Origin: Thalia democratica
Lineage: Eukaryota
NCBI GenBank assembly: GCA_965202585.1
Contig: OZ241830.1
Coordinates: 48,050,001 to 48,114,000, forward strand
DNA length: 64,000 nt
Reading direction: 5' to 3'
Made by a program: the position numbers and the translations under genes. Shown here one piece after another: positions 1 through 10,257 of the stretch. The notes beneath the pieces are model-generated. The model saw only the letters and a list, made by a program, of their open reading frames with translations. It ran no database searches and was not told where the DNA came from. Each line of letters begins with the position of its first letter. Position 1 is the stretch's first letter.

Positions 1-1704
1 CGCGCAGAATTCTACAGTTGTCCAGTCTTTTCATTCATCATGTTCACGTCTTTACTCGACCACAACAGTCCAAGCTTTTTTCAACAACCAAAGAAGTTTA
101 TAGATGAAAAAAGTGAAACCTGGTTTAATGGAAAAAGTTTATCACGATATGACTTAAACAAAATTTTTCAGACTATTGGAGGTTAGTAGTATTTGAAAAT
201 TATAATTAAAAAAATTAATGTGTTTGATCTTTTTAAGTAATTTAACTTTTACTTTTGTTTAAGTTTTGTTGTTTTACGCTTATCTTAAAACAAAAATGCA
301 TTTATTACAACTGTTTCCTTACTTATATACTAAGATTAATACAAAATACGTTATATTTTTTCTCAATGTTTGTCAAATATTTTCTATATCATACGCAAGT
401 TTTAAAAGTTCTGGAGAAACTTAAATTAAACTTTAATTTATTGATAAGTAAAACCTATTAGTATACTCATTGTTTCAATTATCATTACAGTAGCATAAAG
501 TAAAGCTGTGTATATTCGATCTGAACTCAAACTAATAATAATAATGGTTTTGAAAAACAAATTTGTTTAATAATATATATACTTTTAATAATTTTATCAC
601 TAAAGTATTTACTTTTTCCTCTGTTTTTCTAGAAGTTTTTTGTTTAACTACAATTGTTTTTAGTAAAATAGTTACTTACGCTCCAATTTAGTTTGTCTGA
701 ATTACTTAAGTTTTTAGTATTTGGTTTTCCAAGAGTTGTCAAAGAAATTCTATGATATTCTTGAGAAACACAAAACTAAACAAAACATATACTTTGTAAA
801 GCTTAGTAAAACTACATAAATTGGTTAAATAACTATGGTGAAAATTCATTAACATAATGTATTTAATCTTACTAGTAATTATGACAAGTAACCACAGAAA
901 ACCACAGATTATTACTAGCTTAACAAGAAAAACTTTATTTTGCAGTGTTTGCCGGACTAGACAAGACAATTACAAGACTAAAAGTAAAAAAGACAATTTC
1001 TACGTTCGGTAAAGAGCTTTTTGACCTTGCAGAAGAAAAAGGTCTATCTATTCTCAAAAAAAACGCACCAGAAACACTTAATGATACTTTTGTGAATCTT
1101 GCAAAACTGTCACAAAGTTCCTGTTCGTCATTTTTCAAAGAGCTTTTTAACGAAAGTTGCAAGCCAAACGATCTCGACTTACTTTTTAAAACATCAATTC
1201 AAATAAAAGATTGCTGGAATAAAACAGCCAAGTGTTTGACATTTTATGAAGAACCAAGTAAAAGTTCTAAAACAGAACAACAGTCAGGAAAGAAAAGGAA
1301 AAAAGTTGATTACAAGTCGCTTAACAACATGATTGATTCTCATTTAACAAGCTATCAACCACCATATGCGATATTTGGTCAAACTACTTACGAAAACCAA
1401 ATTAATATTAAACACCATGAAACAAAGGAGAAAGCTCAGAATGTACATACAAACTATCAAAATTGTAACCAGTATCAGCAATTTTATTCAAGTTCAGAGT
1501 ATTACAATCAAAATAACCTTGTACAAGTTCCGACACAAAACTATGTAAGTTTATTATTGTTAATAGGCAATAACAACTTAATCCTAATACAGTCATTTTT
1601 TGCAGACTTTCACACAAATGCTGAATTATGATGATTTTTCTAACAGTCTAGCATACAGTCCTAGCAATCAGCAAAACAGTGACCAACAATATCATTTTTT
1701 GTAG
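1..1704 (+). CDS. 3' part of a spliced gene of unknown function, possibly with a degenerate tyrosine-recombinase-like domain; exons <1-181, 946-1544, 1606-1704
   Basis: The frame is open from base 1. Donor G|GTTAGT at 182 joins acceptor TTTTGCAG at 945 in phase 1 (GGA G|TG TTT). Donor TAT|GTAAGT at 1545 joins TTTTTTGCAG at 1605 in phase 0. Stop TAG at 1702-1704. Confidence 0.6.
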
Positions 1705-4700
1705 AAAAAAAGTGGGCCGATACTACCCTGCTGTTTAATAGAAGCAATCTGAAACAAGAGCCTAAAGTTAAAAGAAGCTATCGTAATTTTAAAAATTAAG
1801 TTATTAGTTTGAAAACCTTAAGTATTTAAAAAGAGATGTTTTTTATAGAATAATATAGATCTTTCAGAAAAATTTACTTAAGAAAATTGCATAAATAAAT
1901 TCTATTACTAAGCTGATTTTTATGTTTATTTCCAAAATTTATTTGACGTTTTTGATACTGAATACTGTTTTTCTTTTTTCAATAAACTTGAGCTGTTTAA
2001 AACATATATGAATTTATTTTTTAGTATATCTAAACATAAGTTCTACAAATTAGGTAAATTGAAATTAATTACTTTACCTAGTTTTGCAATGTTTAACCAT
2101 GAACTATGTTTTTCGTCAACAGAGGATCCGTTTATTTGTTAAAGACTTGCTTCGGTATTGGAAAAATTTTTATTTCTTAAGTTATATATACTCAAGGTAG
2201 TTTATATATAAAAACACACAAAACATCTTGTTGGTGCTAAAGTTTTCCACACCAGTTCAATGCACCTAAAGCTTACTAGTTGTTTATAGTTACTACTGTA
2301 AAATAAAGACAGATGTTCTTTCGTATATCTTAAAATTATAAAACTTGTAGTATTAATTGATTAAACTCTACAAACTTTTATAAAGTAGTTTAAAAATCAA
2401 ACAATGAATAATAATAGAAATATTGAGTTTTTATATAATTTATACAGAAAATTTAAAATAATCCATATTACCTTAAGTTCTTACTTTATATTAAAACTCC
2501 AAAATTAAGCAAATAACTATCATATGTTTTGATTTTTAGAAAACAAATAAAGAGATCTCAACTACTAGAGGAGTAATAATGAATTTATTTTTTTAAGACT
2601 TTACTTTACAAATTAAGTTTCGATCAAAGACCTCGTCAGTGCTTAAATAAAGTAACTATTTTAAATTTTTCAAATTACTATTTGTGTTTGCATAAGAATA
2701 ATATCACAAATAACATAAATTTCGCATATACCTAGCCACTTTTTCTTGTTCGCTAACATTTTTTTTATCAAAAAGGTTGTTAACAATACAGTGCAATGTC
2801 ATCAAGGTTATGGGGAATTTTTCGTAAAGTTCCTTTAGTTACTATACCCATAATATTTATTAATAATAAGTGCTATTTACTTTAGAAATCTCTTTTAGTT
2901 TACTTCATGATTTAAAAAATATTGTTCATTTACTTGCTAAAGTATAGTATTAAGTATTTTTTACATTAAATAATAATTTACATTCAACATAGATAGTATA
3001 AACATGAAAGTTTAAAACTACAATTTATATCACATCATCATAGTATTAAATCAATATCAGAGACATTTGCAGGTCAATCAAAGTAGCAAATATTTAGCAC
3101 AAACTAACTTAAACTACTTCTAAAAGTTATTTTGCTAGAAAAGGTATAAAACGTTTTTATAGTAAAGTATATAACAACATTAGTGTAGTATATAACAGTA
3201 AGCATTTTCATACAAATATTAAACTTACACTTTTCATTTAATCAGTATTTTTTATACTCTCAACAGCTTCAACTATACTTGGGTAAAAAATAGTAATAAA
3301 AACTTGTTGTTTTTGCATGTAGTTTTAGTTCATAAAAAAAATATTTCATTGAGTTCGTATAAACGCTGATTTTTACTTAACTTTGTTATTTTTGTAGCTA
3401 ACAACTATTAGACGTAGTTTAGTTTTTATTATCCTCCAATTGTTTTGCAGCTGTATAAACAACAAATATTTGTGTAATTGCTGTATTTTATTTAACGTAT
3501 TTACTATTTCTGCTCTTAAAATTTTTAGCTGAACCTAAGTTTGTTTAACCCTTACCATACCCCACTATTTGTAGATTATTTTTTCAATCTCTTAGGAAGA
3601 CAAGTATGTAATATATTAGTAGTAGATATTATTTGCTAGGAAAACTTGTAAACTAGATGTATGGCTTGTCACCATACTCAGTTTCGTCCCAACAGTTTCA
3701 TCATATGTTGATGATAGATACTGGCTGTTAAAGCCTTGCTACTTCGTCAAGCAACTTATAATTGTGGGTGAAATAAACAATCTGTAAAAATATTTGCTTA
3801 TTTTCTTTGTTTTAAAGAGAAGCTGCTCAAAAAAATTTTTTCAACCAACAGGAAAAATGACATGTACCGGTTTTAATTAGTTGGCAAAGTAAAGTATTCT
3901 TAAGGTAATGTTTACAGAAGGTTGGATCTTTGTATCCCTTGTAAGTATTTTAATATTTTTCAGGTCAAGATTCCATCAGAGAGAAAAAAAAGTGCTTAGT
4001 CTATTGACAATTTTTAAGAAAAGATGATAAGTTTGCTGATGTAAATACACCTCAAATTTGTCAGATATTATGGTATCAAACGCATCACAGTTCTTCATTT
4101 GCAAACTAATAAAGAAGAGTCAATCTTGTCATATATGCTCAAACACTATATACTAATGATTTCATTTTTAAAATTATTTCGTTTGAAACCTCCTTAAACT
4201 TGACGATCCGAATGATAACTATACAAGTGTGGAAATAGGTAACGATTTTTAGCTACTTCGATTAAAATAATTACTCATGGTAAATTTTAAACGTACACAA
4301 TCTTACAGTTTTGCTAACTGCAATATTTCTTTGTTTTAATTTGATTTTTAAACATCAAAGATTTATCATCGTTTAAAATACTAGCACCAGTTAAACCTTT
4401 GTTTTTATTCATTACTACAACAATAATTTCGCGTCAACTGAATTTTTCGACGGGTTGGATTACAGTAGTTATTACTTGCTAGTCTACTGTTTAAAAAAAT
4501 TTAAAACAAGTTTATTTATTAATCTTAAAAAGTGCATTTAGTTATCAAGGGAATGCGTGTTTCATTTAAAGTTGATAAATTCTCAACAACCTTGGAAGTT
4601 TGTTCTCTAAGTATTCGTTTTGAATCCTAGAAAGTTTACACCGGAACGCCTTAGAATTTTTCAAAAAAAACATACAATAACAAATACTTGTTAACGTAAA

Positions 4701-5197
4701 CATTGAGGTTTTACCCACTTTAATCTAGGCTTAAATCTTAAGATTAGGTTGTTATTACTTGCGCTGGCATGCTTCAAAGAAGAACAAGGTAATTCTGCCA
4801 AATTAAATAGTTAATTAGCAGTGAAAAAAAGTTAAGCTATTGGTAGAATTGTTTTTGGTAAGGCACCAAGTAGAGACTAGCATACCAGCTGAAACTATAC
4901 ACGACTGGTTAATTACACTAACTACATAATTTTGATAAAACGTGAGAAGTAAGGTGAGGTAAAAGAAGATATGCACGTACACAAAATATTGTATAAAAAC
5001 AATGATACTAAGTACGTCTTAATAGCTGTATTACACGATGGAAATTCCTTGCTTTGTATTTTGTACGTGTAATTCTTCCTTTCTTATGGATCTAACGGAA
5101 AGAATACACCCGATGTTGCCAAATTGATTCAAAGCTCGATCAAAGACATAATTTTCTATATTGAAACCAGAAGAGGTTGGCATGCCAACTTCCAAGG

Positions 5198-5926
5198 TGT
5201 CGTTCTCGCTGTGGGGCTACTTGGCCTAAAGTAGCCTGTTTATGCGAAGAAGAGTAATTCGGGTCAATAGGACGTTTGGTCACGCCCGCTTTTTCTAACC
5301 TCTTGCTCTTACGAGCCTTGATTTCTGTGGTCTCGCCAAATGCGTCTTGCATGTTCTTTTTTGAGAACATGCCGTCATTATCACTAACCTTGTGCTTAAT
5401 GCGATTATCTGTACTCATAGTGCTATACTGAGGGAGTTGCTAATATACTATTGTATTTTATTAAGTAGCCAGAGGAACGTGTCTAACTATGGCCAACAAC
5501 AAATTTAGTAAGTACGTTAGCTTATGGTTACGTTAAGTATGTTAAGAGATAATAAAGCTGCTTGCGATCCTTATTTAGCCTAAACAACTATATTAAGTTA
5601 TTAAATCTTATGTGAAACTAAGTGTACAACTGAGTTTAATAAAATGTTAGCAATCTTTAAAACAACTTGTTTTATTCACAATTATGTAAACAAATACAAT
5701 ATTTTACACTAAACGAATTCAAATTTACAGTTTATATTAGAGAAACAGAAATAACATGCAAAAGATAAAACAATACTCACGATTACAAAAGGTCTATCAC
5801 GAAAGGCTGCTGCAACTGACTGAACGTCATGCTAAAGCAGTTCGAGAAGTAAACAAGCGATAAAAAAGTCCCTAATTTGAGAAAACTCTCTAGCGCCCTT
5901 TTTTATTTAAACGCGAAGTCGTTACA
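5198..5926 (-). repeat. 3' LTR (729 bp)
   Basis: Starts TGTAACGAC and ends ACGACA on the minus strand. It matches 13387-14115 at a constant offset of 8189; one mismatch was found by eye (5205 vs 13394 region, CTC/CAC). Confidence 0.95.
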
Positions 5927-6537
5927 TTTCTGGTCCTACGGAAACCAATTTGATGTTCTAACTTGGTTCCCGTTTTTTTAAAAAAACAAAACATTAACTT
6001 TAATATCTTAAAGGTGTTTAAGCTGAAAACGACTTCAAAATCCTTGTAACAACCCATTAAACGCCTAGAGTACTAACTACTTAAAAATATAAAAGCATGC
6101 ACAATAGGTATAGGGTGTTTTTAAATTTCTTTTTATGGATTGTCTTTAATACTCCAAGGTAAATCTTTAAGAGATATTAAAAAAAATCATTAAAGCATCT
6201 ACTTAATGTGCTAGAAGGTACTAGGATATAAAGTTATTTATGTATTACATCAAAAATCGGATTTTAGCACTCAGTAATCATTTGATAGTCGATCCAAAAA
6301 CTTAAATGTAAGAGTGTATTTAAATGTTTTAAAGTTTTGCAGATCAGAAAAAATTCGAAATTTAGTTAGACAAACTTAAATAAACGCTTTTATAGTCAGC
6401 ATAAAACTCTAAGTCATTAAGTTGTAGTAAGAAGTGCTAAATAAAAGTTTTAAGTGTGGTAAACAATTACAAAACAAGTTTATAATATCTTATTTACAAA
6501 TCCCTATTTAAGTTACTAGCCGAAGCTAGTTAATGAG

Positions 6538-8313
6538 TCAACGTTTCATACCGTTCGACGCTCGTCCCTTCTCTTCCACTGGAGGCTCGGCTTCTCCTTC
6601 TTCGTTCCTCCTCCTCTTTCTTCTCGTTAGGTACAGCCTCAACACGATGATGGAAATCCCGATCATCGTAATGGCTGTCCATGAAGTGTTTGTGGCATGT
6701 AGGATGCCTCTCACGACCTCCCAAAGCGACCATTTGGATTGGAGGGTTTCTTCCAGTGACTTCTCATCGGGTAAGTGCCCTTTTTCTAGGTACTGTGCGA
6801 CATCTATCCCGCGGTTGCGAAAGTCCTTTTTATTCAGTGCAATTAGGTTTATCAACGCTTGGTTGCTCACTGCTTCCTCAGGTCTTGCCACCTCAGCCAA
6901 ATCCAACAACGTCATTTCTTCCGAAAATGTGAAATTGGAAGCCGCAATGGTGAGTTTCTCGTTTATAACTATCTTCTCCAACGCCGGACGTTCTTCGGTA
7001 AGAGTGTTATTGGCAAACACGATGAATTTACCTTGGAGGATGAAAGCCTGTTTGGTTGCTGGATTGAGTGAGTACTGCACGTTCTGCGTTAAATATCCCT
7101 CATCAGTAAGCTGGGCCACCACCGTGGATGACCCGAGGTAGCTATTGAAAAGCGGGTAACGTGCTACCTTTCCATTGAATTCTAAAGACGGTTGAAGTAC
7201 TGCGGTGGTGTCTTGGCATTGAAGTTCATACAACGCGTTGTGTCGGTAGACCGCTTGTGTCTTTCGCCCAATAAGCAGGCTTAAGACCGCGGAGGGAGTG
7301 GACCGCTGGGCAGCGAGCAACGATACTAGTGTTGCTCTGCTGTTCTTGCAAAGCATCTCGTTCAGCTGAGACTTGAGAATTTCCAGTTCCAGCTTGGAGG
7401 AATACGAGGAGCTAGCTATTGCAGATTCTAAAATTTTAAGTTTCGCAGGCATCTTCACGCTTTTTGCGGCTGTTGTGGCAGACGAAAATGTTTTGGGCAA
7501 TGTCACTGCATAACCTGTCGCGGTGCATCGGGTATTTTCTGCCCCCGATGGCAAACATTTTAGGGTAGCATCATCACACTTTAGGAGTTTAGTGAACACA
7601 ATATTCGCGTCTTGGACGCGATACAATTTTCCACCCTCGAGAGTAAAAACTTCTAGCAATGCGTCAGTAATCACTCGTGGTTGCTTGCACCTTTCTTGTT
7701 TCACTCTAGAGGTGATAAGTCTCCAGCCCTCTTCTCTGCACGAAAGAATTTGGTCCAGCTCGATGCAGCTCAGATTTTCTAGCAACGCATGAGAGACAGA
7801 CCCATCACTTAGATCAGCCACTACCGACGTATAAGACAAGATAATGTTGGGCACAATGATCGTGTTTGTCGCTAACCAATTGAATTTCGGTTTTAGAACG
7901 TTGTTCGTCTTCAATGTATTCTCGTCAGAGGGTGTCAACGTCCCTACTTCTGATTGATGGGTGATTTCGATCCGCCTGCATTCTTCTGTTTGGACGTCTG
8001 TAAAAATTTCATACACTTGCACGCAAGCTGTGTTTCCAAAGAAACCCTTCGTGCATTCAAAGCTAACTTCCTGTCTACGACAGATGAAGGCTTCTTGATC
8101 AACATGGTTGTCAATAGGCGGAGTGATGTTGACTTTGAGGGTGTTCAAGCTTCTAGATTTTGACGAGCACGGAGCTGGCTCGCTAATGAAATACCGCTTT
8201 GCAACTTTCCTCGTACAAAGCGGCAATTTGTATTTCCTCTGCACAGGCATTTGTGCGTTTGTCGTAAGGTAGCCAAGCGCTACCGTTATGATGAAAATTG
8301 GTAATATCTTCAT
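6538..8313 (-). CDS. env: Env-like type I membrane glycoprotein (591 aa from the ATG at 8313), class III fusion protein, herpes gB-like
   Basis: Signal peptide MKILPIFIITVALGYLTTNA, Cys-rich ectodomain and five N-glycosylation sequons. Putative fusion loops CTKGFFG and FNWLAT. Helix motif LC-x17-PSAVLSLLIGRKTQA-x10-C. TM WTAITMIGISIIVLRLYL followed by RRKRRR. Confidence 0.8.
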   Translation of the reverse strand: MKILPIFIITVALGYLTTNAQMPVQRKYKLPLCTRKVAKRYFISEPAPCSSKSRSLNTLKVNITPPIDNHVDQEAFICRRQEVSFECTKGFFGNTACVQVYEIFTDVQTEECRRIEITHQSEVGTLTPSDENTLKTNNVLKPKFNWLATNTIIVPNIILSYTSVVADLSDGSVSHALLENLSCIELDQILSCREEGWRLITSRVKQERCKQPRVITDALLEVFTLEGGKLYRVQDANIVFTKLLKCDDATLKCLPSGAENTRCTATGYAVTLPKTFSSATTAAKSVKMPAKLKILESAIASSSYSSKLELEILKSQLNEMLCKNSRATLVSLLAAQRSTPSAVLSLLIGRKTQAVYRHNALYELQCQDTTAVLQPSLEFNGKVARYPLFNSYLGSSTVVAQLTDEGYLTQNVQYSLNPATKQAFILQGKFIVFANNTLTEERPALEKIVINEKLTIAASNFTFSEEMTLLDLAEVARPEEAVSNQALINLIALNKKDFRNRGIDVAQYLEKGHLPDEKSLEETLQSKWSLWEVVRGILHATNTSWTAITMIGISIIVLRLYLTRRKRRRNEEGEAEPPVEEKGRASNGMKR

Positions 8314-10257
8314 GTTAACCAGAATATACAATAATTTAATTTGTCTGAATAGCAGCTCGCCTAACACAAGCACAAACTAAATGAAATAAAAAACGTACAA
8401 GAAATGTTATTGAAATGTTCTTTTTTCTTTTTTTTTGAAGCTAGTACTTGTTTTTTTAGCAATAATGGGAATAACAAGCCATTCAAGTGTTTTTTTCGAA
8501 GAAATAATGATGTTAATAACAAGTAATTGTCACATATAACAGTAAGTACAAAGTTCGATTTAAAAATGTTGTTTTCACCGAACGAAAATTACGAAAGATG
8601 AAAAGCTTATAAGTGCGGTTTATTGATAAGGAGTTAATTTATATTAATTTAAGAAATATTGAGTTGCAGTATTCAACAGCATATTTGGTAATAATATAAA
8701 CTTTAGAATGATAAGGGTTTTAGATGCATAAAATTGATAAAGTTGTGTAACTTTACAAGTTCAAAAGTAATAAGTAGTTAAAATTAATGTAGCTTTCTGC
8801 TGTATTGCAAGTATTTAAAAAACGATTAAAGTTCATTGTTGTTGTTTAACGAAGAAGCAATGTGTGCTAAAAAGTTGTTTTTTTGTTTATGGTAATTACA
8901 CAAAAAGTGAACTTCACATTTAAACTTTTTGTATACATAAAAACTTTTTGTCATTAGCAAACGGTTTTACTGTGTTTAAAACCACGAAATGTTCTATTTT
9001 GAGCAATTGAACTTCCGTTGACATTAACTATGATTATCTTTTAAGCAGTAAAAGTAGCCAAGTGATTTTTAATTACTAGATTGCTCGAGTAGCAACTTTA
9101 AGCTTAGTAGTTTAAAAAGCTTAACAAAAAAATCTAATACAAGTTTGAAAATTTTAGAGTTTTTTAGCACTAATCCAAAATACACTATAAAATAATGAGC
9201 TTTTTTAAAGAAAATTGCTGTTTGAAAGTAAGTTTCATTAATATTAACAACATCTTCATAATAAGCAGCAAAAAATTAAGTGAGTTTGAAATTTGAATTG
9301 CTCGAAAAGCAACCTTTTAAACTTTGTTGTTTAAGCAATTAACATGTACAATGTAAAATTGACAATTTTTAAGCACAAAACAAATAAAATCAATGTAATA
9401 CATAGAACTTCTAGATTTTTATTCAAAGTATCACATCAATGCTTAGTAATAAGCTAATATGGTTAAGCAGAATGTTTTTTAAAAAAAAAACCAGTTGTAA
9501 TGAATGTTTCATTGTAAAGTATCGGTTTGAACACATAAATTTTAGAGCATAAAGATGTTTAAACGTTAAGTTGAATAAACAGTAATATAAAGAAACGCAA
9601 GCAGCTTTTAAGTATTGTTAAAAAAGTATTAACGAACATAAACTGCCGTTTTTACCAATTGAAATCGACGTTTCTCTAGCGCAACATTGTTTACCAGTCA
9701 TGTAAACTCAATTCTCAAGCTTTAGAATGTTTTAATATTGAGAACTAAATATCTTATATAAAGGTTTTGTAGAAAATAAGATATATTATAGCTTCTCGAG
9801 GTTGCTTTGAGCAGCAAATTAGTGAGCTGTGTCGAGCTACACAGTGCTTTTGTTGTGACAATAAACACTGCTACTGCATTCTAAGTTTAATTTAAGCTGG
9901 TTTGTTGCTAGCTGCTGTTTATGCTATTTCTACTTCGCTGGTTTTACTGATTAGCTTAACTCACTCTTTTGACTATGTTCAAACTTTCTAAAAATTTTTA
10001 GATTTAGCTTGCTATTTCAATACTTTCTAGCTTAGTTTTTTCATCGTGCTTACAAGTATTGTTATTTGCTCATACGTTCGTCTAGCGTTGCTTTGTTAAG
10101 CTCAATGAATTTCATTAAACCTAACTAATAGTTCGCTTATTTTACTACATTTATGATTGTATTACTATTAATTATAATTACATGTAAATATTCGCTAACT
10201 GCGGTATAGTAAACTTAGGGTTGTAAGAGAAAAAAGTCTAACGCGGTTTGCTAACTG

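Noticed and set aside
1800-4900. Broken minus-strand coding-like stretches
   Set aside because: Multiple stops and frameshifts and no family motif recognised, so no product can be supported.
5927-5946. TGGTCCTACGG after the LTR as a PBS for a plus-strand element
   Set aside because: All ORFs are on the minus strand, and the minus-strand PBS abuts the LTR exactly and fits the Gag type. This site is where the PPT should be, and it is only weakly purine-rich.
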